Source of the DNA: Roseibium sp.
GTDB lineage: Bacteria; Pseudomonadota; Alphaproteobacteria; Rhizobiales; Stappiaceae
Assembly: GCF_965140465.1 (NCBI RefSeq)
Contig: NZ_OZ223238.1
DNA: 64,000 bases
Strand: one strand, 5' to 3'
Positions 19,938 to 28,911 of the stretch are shown here, one piece after another. Under the pieces are notes generated by a model. It did not search any database. It had not been told where the DNA came from and saw only the letters and a program-made list of their open reading frames with translations. Positions within the stretch are counted from its first letter, which is position 1. Each line of letters opens with the position of its first letter. The translations under genes were made by a program, and so were the position numbers.

Positions 19938-20111
19938 AACTGACCTCCGTCTTTTTTCTTCTTATAAAACAAAATAAAGCCGATGACTTTCTGGCTTTTT
20001 TAGAAAGTGCTTTCGGACAACTACGTATGCTCTTTCAAAAGGCAAGCGATCATCATTGCCCTGAAACACCCTGAATAGAAATCTTTTGAGATACAAGCCA
20101 AGGAGGTCCGG

Positions 20112-20465
20112 ATGGCCGGATACCTGACAACCCATGTCCTGGACACCGCGCGCGGCTGTCCGGGTGAAGGCATCAAGATTGACCTGTATGAGATTTCGGG
20201 CGAGACCCGGACTTATGTCACCAGTCTGACGACCAACAGCGACGGTCGGACCGACAGCCCGATCCTGCCCGAAAGCGCCTTCAGGACCGGCACATATGAA
20301 CTGGTCTTCCACGTTGGGGCCTATTTCGATGCGGCGGGCATCAACTCGGGCGAGCCCCGCTTTCTGGACACTATTCCCCTGCGTTTCGGCATGTCCGAAG
20401 GGGCCCATTATCACGTGCCACTGCTGGTTTCGCCGTACAGCTTCTCGACATATCGGGGAAGTTAG
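20112..20465 (+). CDS. uraH: 5-hydroxyisourate hydrolase (transthyretin-like)
   Basis: 117-aa ORF with the N-terminal LTTHVLD and the diagnostic C-terminal YRGS tetrapeptide. GGAGG RBS. Confidence 0.9.
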   Translation: MAGYLTTHVLDTARGCPGEGIKIDLYEISGETRTYVTSLTTNSDGRTDSPILPESAFRTGTYELVFHVGAYFDAAGINSGEPRFLDTIPLRFGMSEGAHYHVPLLVSPYSFSTYRGS

Positions 20466-20480
20466 GAAGAACAGGCAAAA

Positions 20481-20509
20481 ATGGCAGCGATTTAGTCGAT
20501 CGCTGCCAT
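20481..20509. terminator. Bidirectional intrinsic terminator between convergent uraH and the chemoreceptor gene
   Basis: Perfect 11-bp stem ATGGCAGCGAT-(7 nt)-ATCGCTGCCAT, flanked by CAAAA on the left and GTATTATTT on the right. Confidence 0.6.
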
Positions 20510-20553
20510 GTATTATTTAATGCGCAAAAAATGATGCCTCTGACGGAAGCTGT

Positions 20554-23211
20554 TTACGCGGATCTGAGTTTCCCAAGGAAACCGACGAATTTCTCGTCAA
20601 GTTCCGCAGATTGGTGAGACAGACTGTCTGCGGCTGTCAGGACCTGATCTGCGGCAGTACCAGCTTGTTGAACGGAACTTTGGACAACAACAATGTTGCT
20701 CGCAACATCTTGTGTTCCAACGGCAGCTTCTTGAGCGTTTCTAGAGATTTCCTGCGTAGATGCTGATTGTTGCTGGACTGCGGAGGCAATCGACGCAGAT
20801 GTATCTGAAATTTCGGAGATCACCTTTCGGATTTCACCAATTGAGACGACAGAGCTGTTGGTTGCGGTCTGCATGGCATTCACCTGTTGCTCAATGTCGC
20901 TGGTTGCCTTGGCAGTCTGGCTTGCAAGTGACTTCACTTCGCTCGCAACCACCGCAAATCCCTTGCCAGCTTCCCCGGCACGAGCGGCCTCAATTGTGGC
21001 ATTCAGCGCAAGAAGGTTTGTCTGTTCAGCAATTTCATTGATCATATTGACGACATTGCCGACATTCTGAGCCATTTCAGACAACTCTGTCATCGTGTCG
21101 GTCGCTTCTGCGCTGGCCTTTTCAGCATTTGATGTAATGCCCAGCGCATTTTCAACTTGCCTGATAATTTCCGCTATCGAACTCGTCATTTCCTCAGACG
21201 CAGCGGCGACGGTCTGAACGTTGGCAGACGCCTCTTCCGTTGCCCCTGCCACAGAAGTGGACTTGTGGTTCGCATCTTCTGACATCTGAGCCATGTTTTC
21301 TGCCGCAGAGCGCATTTGAGAAGCAGCTGTTGTCATGGCTTGAACGACGCTTTGCACATCGGCCTCCAGATCATCAGCCATTTTCAGTTGCGTATTTCGT
21401 TTGTCTTCTTCGATCCTTCTTTCGGCTTCCGCCTGCTCCTGCTCTAGCCGGACCTTCTCAATGGCGTTTTCCTTGAATATCTGAACCGTGCCCGCCATGT
21501 CGCCGATTTCATCACCGCGCCCGATACCGGGAACCTCGGTTTCCGTGTCCCCGCCTGCAAGTTTCTGCATTGCTTTGGTCATGGCGTTCAGGGGATTTGC
21601 AATGCCGCGGCCGATGAGCCATGCCATTAACAAGCTGACTAGAACGGCAGCGGAAGTACACGCAACAATAACCAGGTTGGTTGTCGAAACCGTTTGTTGG
21701 TTTTCTGCCAGACGAGCATTCATGAGCGCCTGTTCTTCTGCCTGGAAGTCGGTCATTAGGCCACGAAACGCGTCGAAGTACTTCTTTCCTCGCGCTTCTC
21801 CAACCAGATCGGCCATGTCATCCATTGTCTTGGCATTGCCGATTTCACGACGAAGAGCGATTGTGGGTTCTGTTACATTTGATTTCCAATCACTGATCGT
21901 CTTCTTGACTTCACCGAGAAGCTTGACCTGTGCAGGATTGTCACTGACGATTTTCTGCAGACTGTCGACAGCAGCAACGAATGCGTTTGAACCACCTTCG
22001 TAAGGCGCTAGAAAATCTTCCTTGCCAGCCAGCAGGTAACCCCGCATTCCGGTCTCCATGTCTAAAGCATGAGCCAGGATTTGGTTGGCCTGCTCGATCA
22101 CGCCATATGTATGAGTTACCCAGGCTTCGTTTTCGCTCATGTTCTCAAGAGCAGATTGTGCGTTGGAACTTGCAACCTCCGCCGTAGCCTGCCGTTCTGC
22201 AATCAGTCCTTTTTCAATATCCGAAAACTCGGCCATAACAGCTCGAAAGGAGTCAAAATACTTCTTCCCTTCTTTCTTCTGAACAAGATGCTCAACAGAA
22301 TCAAAAGACCGGGAACCAGTGACGACTTCGCGGCGAAGAGCGATTGCGTGTGAGGCGACTTTTTCAACCCAATCCCGGATCAACCTTTCTGCCTCTTCGA
22401 TACGCTACACCTGTGGCGGGTTGTCGCTTACAGTTTCCTTGAGTGCGCTCACTTCGACAAAGAACGCTTTCATCCCTCTTTCGTAAGGTTCGAGAAATTC
22501 ATCCTGCCCGGCGATCAGGAACCCCCGCATGCCCGTTTCCATGTCAACGGCATTTGCCACGATATGGGCGCTGGCAGACAAGACTTTGTGCGTATGGTCC
22601 ACCCACTCCATTGCCGAAATCAGTTCAGATTTTGCAGCCTGTACCCGGTCCTTTGCTGAGATAAATGCTTGTCGCCGCTCTTTAAGCAACTTGACTTCGC
22701 GTTCAGAGAACGTGGCAAGTTGTGTGCGGAAAGCATCAAAGTATTTCTTCCCGCGAGCTTCGGCCACCAGTTTGGCCATATCATTCATGGTCTTGGCATC
22801 ACCGATGTCCCTGCGCAGCTGAATTGTAGGCTCCGTCACATCCGCCTGCCACTCCTTTAGAATGGCTTCTATTTGCTGCAACCGCTCGACCTGACCCGGG
22901 TTGTCGCTGACGGTTTGCTTCAATTCACCGATCGCCGAGTAGGTCTTTTCCTCACCCTGCTTGTAAGGCTCGAGGAACCCTTCTTTTCCGGCCAAGAGGT
23001 ATCCCCTCATGCCGGTTTCCATATCGAGCGCGGAGCCGACAATACCCGAAGCATCCGCCAGAACGGTGTGTGTATGCTGAACCCATCGGTTCGTCTCTAC
23101 AATGCGACTGACTGACCAGTAGACGGTAGCACTTAGTGTTGCCAACAAGAGAATCGGAATGGCAAATCCAATAAGCACCTTTCTTTGAGTCCCAACATCC
23201 TGCAGCCGCAT
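20554..23211 (-). pseudogene. Chemoreceptor with three tandem CHASE3 sensor modules, HAMP and MCP signalling domain, interrupted by one in-frame TAG (22405-22407)
   Basis: Track ORFs 22405..23211 (268 aa) and 20554..22383 (609 aa) are in the same frame. My read across the junction is [27 protein letters not shown]. The two paralogous modules have VSDNPGQVERLQQIEAILKEW and [21 protein letters not shown] at the equivalent point. Each module carries W(V)xHTxxV...DMETGMRG(Y/F)L(L/I)AG. The continuous product would be about 885 aa. Confidence 0.8.
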
Positions 23212-23472
23212 ATCAGCACCTCAACATCAAATTCACGTAGCGTTAGAATCTAACTATTGAGCAAATATGTTTAACATTTCTAAATAAAAAAATTTATAAA
23301 CATTAGTACTTTTATCAATAAACTCGTTTTTTCTGAATAAATTCAAATAATTCAACCTTGCTTAGAATGAAATCTATTTTCTACTTCAAAGACGTGGTTA
23401 ACTCTTCAATCAACCGAGTGTCAGCAATAGAAAAAGACCAAGGCCTGTGATCGCAAAATTTATCTGATCTGC

Positions 23473-23640
23473 ATGGCCGAATACCTGACGACCAATAGCG
23501 ACGGCCGGACCGACAGCCCGATCCTGCCCGAAAGCGCCTTCAGGACCGGCACATATGAACTGGTCTTCCACGTTGGGGCCTATTATCACGTGCCACTGCT
23601 GGTTTCGCCGTACAGCTTCTCGACATATCGGGGAAGTTGA
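23473..23640 (+). pseudogene. Internally deleted relic copy of uraH (55 codons, still in frame)
   Basis: Translates to [55 protein letters not shown], which is uraH residues 1-7, 42-76 and 105-117. Positions 23506-23584 are identical to 20247-20325 (79 bp), and 23582-23638 are identical to 20407-20463 (57 bp). I see no Shine-Dalgarno sequence. It is too short to appear in the ORF track. Confidence 0.8.
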
Positions 23641-23679
23641 AGCAAGAGGAATAGGCGCACCGGGTTTCCTGCGTTCGAT

Positions 23680-24993
23680 CTAGTCGCGATCCGGAGATTT
23701 CAAGGAAGTCGCTGCAACGATTCCTGCCTCTTGCCCACCGGCGGGATCCTTCTTCACGATGATCTCGCGATGCGGATAAGGGATGTTGATGTTGTTTTCC
23801 TTGAAACTGTCCCAGAGCGCCAGCAACACCTTGCCCCGAATGTTGGTCAGGCCCTGTTGAGGGTCGCGTATCCAAAACCGCAGCACGAAGTCGAGCGAAC
23901 TGTCGCCGAACCCGGTCAGCCAGCAAACCGGGCGACGGGTGACTTCGACGCGACCAACAGTCATCGCCGCAGCAATCGCCAGGCGGCTGACCTCATGCGG
24001 ATCGGCGTCGTAGGAGACACCGAATTTGACGTCGAGACGAACGAGATCATCGCTGAAGGACCAGTTGATGACCCGATGAGTGATGAAATCCTCGTTCGGA
24101 ATCAGATACTCACGCCCATCACGGGTGACCACGGACACGAACCGCGCCCTGAGTTCCCGAATCCACCCAAAGGTTCCCTCCAGCGAGATCGTGTCACCGG
24201 GTTTGATGGATTTGTCGAGCAGAATGATAATTCCGGAAATGAAGTTCGAGATGACTTTCTGCAGGCCAAAGCCGAGGCCAAGACCGACGGCACCCGAAAA
24301 AACCGCAAACGCGGATAGATCGATACCGACAGAGGAAAGCGCCACGGTCGCCGCAATCAGGATAAGACCAAACTTGGCGACCTTGCCGACCAGAACGCGG
24401 ATCGAGGGGGTCAGCTCATCCGACTTTTGAACCTGTTCTTCAAAATACCGGCCGAGGGCCACCGCGATCCAAACGGTGGCGATCAGGAGCAGGGCAGCTT
24501 TCAGGACAAGCAGCACCGAGAAGCGCAATTCACCGATTGGCAGCGCCAGCTCATCCAGAAATGTTCCGGCTTCGTCATCAAAACCCAGAATGACCAGCGC
24601 CACATAGATCCAGGCGAGCCAGCTCACCGTCTTGGCGAGCAGGCGATTGCGGATCACCCGGGAAAACACCGAAACGAACAGCCAGGCAAGCGACAGGGAA
24701 AGAGCAACGGAAATGAAGTGGCTGCGGCTTGGCCAGGTGACACTGCGCATTATCGTAAGCATGATGAACAGAAACAGGCTGAACAGGATCCATTCGACCC
24801 GCCGCAACAGAGCGATCACCACGCGCAGCAGACTGGGATGCCCCCGGATTTCCCGCGCCCGTGCCTCCAGCCTTGGCTCAATCTTGAGGCTCAGAGCTTT
24901 GGCCAGTGCAAAAAGCACGGCAATGATCGCGATCTGATACGCAAACCAGGGCGCAGTCAGGTAGCTGAGCGCAATCGTGGCCCAGGATATCAC
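23680..24993 (-). CDS. Mechanosensitive ion channel, MscS family (multi-TM N-terminal extension)
   Basis: 437-aa ORF with about five N-terminal TM helices and the MscS core GAVGLGLGFGLQKVISNFISGIIILLDKSIKPGDTISLEG..G.I.E...R...V.T.DG. Confidence 0.85.
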   Translation of the reverse strand: MISWATIALSYLTAPWFAYQIAIIAVLFALAKALSLKIEPRLEARAREIRGHPSLLRVVIALLRRVEWILFSLFLFIMLTIMRSVTWPSRSHFISVALSLSLAWLFVSVFSRVIRNRLLAKTVSWLAWIYVALVILGFDDEAGTFLDELALPIGELRFSVLLVLKAALLLIATVWIAVALGRYFEEQVQKSDELTPSIRVLVGKVAKFGLILIAATVALSSVGIDLSAFAVFSGAVGLGLGFGLQKVISNFISGIIILLDKSIKPGDTISLEGTFGWIRELRARFVSVVTRDGREYLIPNEDFITHRVINWSFSDDLVRLDVKFGVSYDADPHEVSRLAIAAAMTVGRVEVTRRPVCWLTGFGDSSLDFVLRFWIRDPQQGLTNIRGKVLLALWDSFKENNINIPYPHREIIVKKDPAGGQEAGIVAATSLKSPDRD

Positions 24994-25182
24994 TTCGGAA
25001 AAATCGACTCAGCGGGCATTGGTGTTCAAATCCCGACGTCGGACAATTGTTCGGTTGTATCGTTCTTTCAGCTGCATCAAGAGCTTAACAGCGTTTTTCG
25101 GCAACGATCAACTTGTGATGACACACCCAGCGTTCGGCGAGGTGATTGACCAACGCTTGCGTTGGCCTGAAGGCCTTCAGAT

Positions 25183-26100
25183 TTACCGTGCAGGCATGGC
25201 TGCAAGCGCTGACTGGATATGCGCGACCATGAAATCAATGAAGAGCCGCACTTTCGGGTCCTGCCGGCGCCGGTGCGTGTAAAGACAGGCCATCTGGATC
25301 GGAATGGGCGGTTCGTTTTCAAGAACCGGTACCAGCTGGCCGGATGCGAGATAATCGGCAACCTCAAAGGCCGGTTTCAGAATGATTCCGTGACCCTCAA
25401 GTGCCCATCCGGTCAGAACGTCGCCGTGATCGGATTCAAACGGCCCGGTCACCGCAACCCGCTTCACCCCACTTTCCGTCTGCAACGGCCACTGAAATTC
25501 CGGCGCCCCGGGATAACGCATGTTGAGACAGTCATGCTTGCCGGAGGACAGCTCTTCACTGCTCGCCGGATTGCCCTTGCGCGCAATATAGTCCGGCGAT
25601 GCACACAGGATCCTGCTGCAATCGGCGATCTTGCGCATCTTCAGGTTTGAGTCTTCCGGCAGCCCCAGGAAAAACGCGGCATCCAGTCCCTCGCCGGTCA
25701 GATCGACCTTCCGGTCCGAGAGGCGCAAGCGGATGTCGATCAGCGGATTGGCGTCCTTGAATTGCGGAATGGCGGGCGCCAAAAGTCGCTGACCCATGCC
25801 GATTGGCGCGGCCACGAAGAGCGTTCCCCTCGGAGACAGGGTGACATTGCTGATCTCCGCTTCCGCCTCTTCCACTGCCTCGATGATCTTCGTCGCACCG
25901 TGATAGAAAAGATTGCCGTGTTCGGTCGGGCTGAGCGCGCGCGTGGTGCGCTGGAATAGGCGCACATTCAGGTGTTCTTCCAGCTGTGAAATGCGCGAGG
26001 ATGCAACAGCTGAGGATATCCTCAGATCCCGGGCCGCAGCGGACATGTTTCCCAGTTCATAAACGCGCAGGAAGGTGCGAATGTTCTCCAGATACGCCAT
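25183..26100 (-). CDS. LysR-family transcriptional regulator, divergent from puuD
   Basis: 305-aa ORF with the LysR HTH MAYLENIRTFLRVYELGNMSAAARDLRISSAVASSRISQLEEHLNVRLFQRTTR. It is a clear paralog of the regulator at 27811-28710. Confidence 0.85.
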   Translation of the reverse strand: MAYLENIRTFLRVYELGNMSAAARDLRISSAVASSRISQLEEHLNVRLFQRTTRALSPTEHGNLFYHGATKIIEAVEEAEAEISNVTLSPRGTLFVAAPIGMGQRLLAPAIPQFKDANPLIDIRLRLSDRKVDLTGEGLDAAFFLGLPEDSNLKMRKIADCSRILCASPDYIARKGNPASSEELSSGKHDCLNMRYPGAPEFQWPLQTESGVKRVAVTGPFESDHGDVLTGWALEGHGIILKPAFEVADYLASGQLVPVLENEPPIPIQMACLYTHRRRQDPKVRLFIDFMVAHIQSALAAMPAR

Positions 26101-26204
26101 GATTTTATTGTTCCGGATTTTTTGAAACTGCTCGACATTATGCCGAGATACCAGAAAATTGGAAGATGGATTAGGTTCGCGGAAAGTTTTTTGGAGGAGA
26201 CATC

Positions 26205-27467
26205 ATGTTGGACATCGCCATCATCTGGGACTGGCTGGCCTTCGCCGTCCGGTGGCTGCACGTGATCACCGCGATCGCCTGGATCGGATCGTCATTCTAT
26301 TTCGTGGCGCTCGATCTGGGGCTTCGGAAAGTGCCGCACTTGCCCGTTGGCGCCCATGGCGAGGAATGGCAGGTTCATGGAGGCGGGTTCTATCACATCC
26401 AGAAATATCTCGTGGCGCCGGAGAACATGCCGGACCACCTGATCTGGTTCAAATGGGAGAGCTATGCGACCTGGCTGTCTGGCGCAGGCCTCCTGATGAT
26501 CATCTACTGGGTGGGTGGTGAGCTCTACCTGATCGACCCGGAAAAGGCCGATCTTTCTCTTTGGCAGGGCATCCTGATCTCGGCTGCATCGCTCAGCATC
26601 GGCTGGCTCGTCTACGACTTCCTCTGCAAGTCGCCGCTCGGTGAAAAGCCGACGTTGCTGATGGTGCTTCTGTTCGCGCTGCTGGTCGTCATGGGCTGGG
26701 GGTATAACGAGATCTTCACCGGCCGGGCGACGATGCTGCATCTGGGCGCCTTCACCGCGACGATCATGACGGCGAACGTGTTCTTCATCATCATTCCGAA
26801 CCAGAAGATCGTGGTTGCGGATCTGAAGGCCGGACGGACGCCTGACCCGAAATATGGCAAGATCGCCAAGCTGCGCTCCACCCACAACAACTACCTGACG
26901 CTGCCGGTCATCTTCCTGATGCTCAGCAATCACTACCCGCTCGCCTTTGCCTCGGAATACAACTGGGTGATCGCTGCCCTGGTGTTCCTGATGGGCGTCA
27001 CCATTCGCCACTGGTTCAACACAAGGCATGCCCGTGCCGGCAATCCGACCTGGACCTGGCTGGTCACCGCGATCCTGTTCGTCCTGATCATCCAGATCAG
27101 CATGGCACCGATGTGGAAGGAAGACAGCTACGAAGCCTCTGAAAATCGTGCATTGACGCCGACTGAACAGGTTTTTGCCAGTGCGGAAGGGTTCGACGAC
27201 GTCATGGCGATCGTGCCGGGCCGCTGCGCCATGTGTCATGCCAGGGAGCCCTTTTACGAGGGCATCCACTGGGCACCCAAGGGTGTTGTTCTGGAAACAC
27301 CGGCAGACGTCGCCCGTGCCGCGAAGGAAATCTACCTGCAGGCGGGCGTGACCAACGCCATGCCACCTGCAAACGTGTCCTTCATGGAAGAAGACGAGCG
27401 CCGGAAGGTCATAGAGTGGTATCGCAAGGCCTCGAAAGACCTGCCGTTTGGCGTGGCTTTGAATTAG
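26205..27467 (+). CDS. puuD: Membrane-bound cytochrome c urate hydroxylase (PuuD-type urate oxidase)
   Basis: 420-aa ORF. The polytopic N-terminal domain carries WLHVITAIAWIGSSFYFVALD and HGGGFYHIQKY, and the C-terminal domain has a haem c motif CAMCH. This matches the PuuD architecture described in Agrobacterium. A GGAGGAGA RBS precedes the start. Confidence 0.85.
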   Translation: MLDIAIIWDWLAFAVRWLHVITAIAWIGSSFYFVALDLGLRKVPHLPVGAHGEEWQVHGGGFYHIQKYLVAPENMPDHLIWFKWESYATWLSGAGLLMIIYWVGGELYLIDPEKADLSLWQGILISAASLSIGWLVYDFLCKSPLGEKPTLLMVLLFALLVVMGWGYNEIFTGRATMLHLGAFTATIMTANVFFIIIPNQKIVVADLKAGRTPDPKYGKIAKLRSTHNNYLTLPVIFLMLSNHYPLAFASEYNWVIAALVFLMGVTIRHWFNTRHARAGNPTWTWLVTAILFVLIIQISMAPMWKEDSYEASENRALTPTEQVFASAEGFDDVMAIVPGRCAMCHAREPFYEGIHWAPKGVVLETPADVARAAKEIYLQAGVTNAMPPANVSFMEEDERRKVIEWYRKASKDLPFGVALN

Positions 27468-27490
27468 AAAAGACCGGCCTTGCCACGTAG

Positions 27491-27516
27491 ATCACCCCCG
27501 ACTTGATCGGGGGCCC
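27491..27516 (+). repeat. REP-like element type 1, variant copy (ATCACCCCCGACTTGATCGGGGGCCC)
   Basis: Same CTTGA loop as the other type 1 copies, with the stem extended to CCCCCGA/TCGGGGG. Confidence 0.75.
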
Positions 27517-27599
27517 ACTAGTTGCGAGATCCACCACTCTTTTAAGTTTCCCCACTTCGCCGCGAAGCACCTAGAGCTCATAGGCTCTGGAAGTGATTG

Positions 27600-27624
27600 G
27601 ATCCCCGATCAAGTCGGGGATGAC
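27600..27624 (-). repeat. REP-like element type 1, inverted copy
   Basis: This 25-mer is identical to 16250-16274. Confidence 0.85.
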
Positions 27625-27655
27625 CTCCTTTACGCACAAATTCTTCCCCGAACAC

Positions 27656-27690
27656 GTCATCCCATGGCTTGACCATGGGACCCGTGCCAG
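27656..27690 (+). repeat. REP-like element type 2 with flanks (GTCATCCCATGGCTTGACCATGGGACCCGTGCCAG)
   Basis: The core 19-mer is identical to 16345-16363. The 5' flank GTCATCC is the same as in the type 1 element. Confidence 0.8.
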
Positions 27691-27810
27691 TGAGCCGTTT
27701 GGCAAATCATTGACCGGGAAAACACCATAGCCAGGCGTGCAGGGTCTAGCCCTGCAATGGCATGTGAAGCGGGATTTCAAAGGCGCGTTCAAGCTCGTTC
27801 GCTCGAGCAT

Positions 27811-28710
27811 TCATTCGCCCAGGTCCGCATGCTTGATCACGAAATCTACGAAGTGCCGGATTTTCGGGTCTTGCAGACGGCGGTGCGGATAGAGGCAGCC
27901 GAACATGGTTGGTGTCGGCGCGGTTTCTGCGAGAATCTCGACCAGTTCTCCCCGTTTCAGATAGTCGGCAACATCAAAACGGGGCTTGTTGACGATGCCG
28001 TGGCCCGCCCGTGCCCAGTCGGTCAGCACATCGCCGTCATCGGCATCGTATTTGCCGGCGACCTGCAGTTTTCGCGGTCCATCGGCGGTTTCCAGCACCC
28101 AGAAATATTCAGGAGACCTAGGATAGCGCAGCAACAGGCAATTGTGGTCCTCGTTCAAGAGATCATCCGGCGTCTGGGGTGTGCCGTGTTTTTCCAGATA
28201 GTCCGGCGAGGCGCACAGGACACGTCTGCAATCGGCGATCTTGCGCAGTTTCAGGTTGGAATCCTGAGGCGTTCCGATGAAGAACGCCAGATCGAGTCCA
28301 TCCGACATCAGGTCGACCTTGCGGTCCGAAAGCCGCATGTGAACTTCCGTCGCCGGGAATTGTTCAACAAAGCGCGGCACCAGGGGCGCAATGATCCTGC
28401 GCCCTGCCCCCAGTGGCGCCGTGACCCGAATGACGCCGCGAGGCGTGTCGGAAAAACTGGCAACTGCGGCCTCGGCATCCTCGATGGATTCCAGCGCCTT
28501 GCAGGCATAGTCATAAAAAACCTTGCCAACCTCCGTTGGCGTCAGCGACCGCGTGGTCCGGTTGAACAGGCGGACACCGAGATGTTTTTCCAGCTCCTTG
28601 ATCCGCTTGCTGGCAACTGCCGGTGTCAGGCGTAGGTCACGACCGCCGGAAGTGATGCTCCCGAGTTCAACAACGCGTGTGAACACACGCAGGCTTTCCA
28701 GATAGGCCAT
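27811..28710 (-). CDS. LysR-family transcriptional regulator, divergent from xdhABC
   Basis: I trimmed the 575-aa track ORF to ATG 28710. MAYLESLRVFTRVVELGSITSGGRDLRLTPAVASKRIKELEKHLGVRLFNRTTR is the LysR HTH. By eye it is roughly half identical to the 25183-26100 product. Confidence 0.85.
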   Translation of the reverse strand: MAYLESLRVFTRVVELGSITSGGRDLRLTPAVASKRIKELEKHLGVRLFNRTTRSLTPTEVGKVFYDYACKALESIEDAEAAVASFSDTPRGVIRVTAPLGAGRRIIAPLVPRFVEQFPATEVHMRLSDRKVDLMSDGLDLAFFIGTPQDSNLKLRKIADCRRVLCASPDYLEKHGTPQTPDDLLNEDHNCLLLRYPRSPEYFWVLETADGPRKLQVAGKYDADDGDVLTDWARAGHGIVNKPRFDVADYLKRGELVEILAETAPTPTMFGCLYPHRRLQDPKIRHFVDFVIKHADLGE

Positions 28711-28811
28711 CTCGGTTTCCTTGCCCGAAAAAACGTCATGTTTTTGTCGAGGCTTATCCAAACCCGACAATTCGGCATTTTTGTAGTTTCGCACGGATGT
28801 CGGTCGGGTAT

Positions 28812-28830
28812 TTTCAACAAAATGTTGAAA
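28812..28830. promoter_or_regulatory. 19-bp palindrome TTTCAACA-AAA-TGTTGAAA in the LysR/xdhA divergent region
   Basis: Perfect 8-bp arms, 82 bp upstream of the xdhA ATG. This is a candidate operator, with no match to a known consensus that I can cite. Confidence 0.3.
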
Positions 28831-28911
28831 TAATTTCCGGTTTAGCCGGATTTTTCGCAAGGCATCGCGCAAGTACCGTCCCCGCTGAGAAGAGAGCAAT
28901 CCGAGGACGCG

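Noticed and set aside
22405-22407. The in-frame TAG in the chemoreceptor as a pyrrolysine codon, prompted by the MttB-family gene in the same window
   Set aside because: The MttB homolog here is the non-Pyl type (an uninterrupted ORF). I see no pylT or pylSBCD genes. The stop aligns with Glu/Lys codons one substitution away in the sister repeats. A nonsense mutation or a sequencing error is the simpler explanation.
20466-23472. The lower-GC chemoreceptor insert as a mobile element
   Set aside because: I found no integrase, transposase, recombinase, tRNA or inverted terminal repeats. Only the flanking uraH duplication hints at acquisition, so I did not annotate a mobile_element feature.
25167-25180. 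Perfect 14-bp palindrome CTGAAGGCCTTCAG right after the LysR stop, followed by CCAACGC-AA-GCGTTGG, as terminators
   Set aside because: Neither hairpin is followed by a T-run on the relevant strand, so I left them unannotated.
27571-27810. 79-aa ORF in the puuD-LysR spacer
   Set aside because: It is encoded entirely by the REP-like palindromes (the VIPDLIGDP and SSHGMT strings). It is an artefact of repeat sequence rather than a gene.
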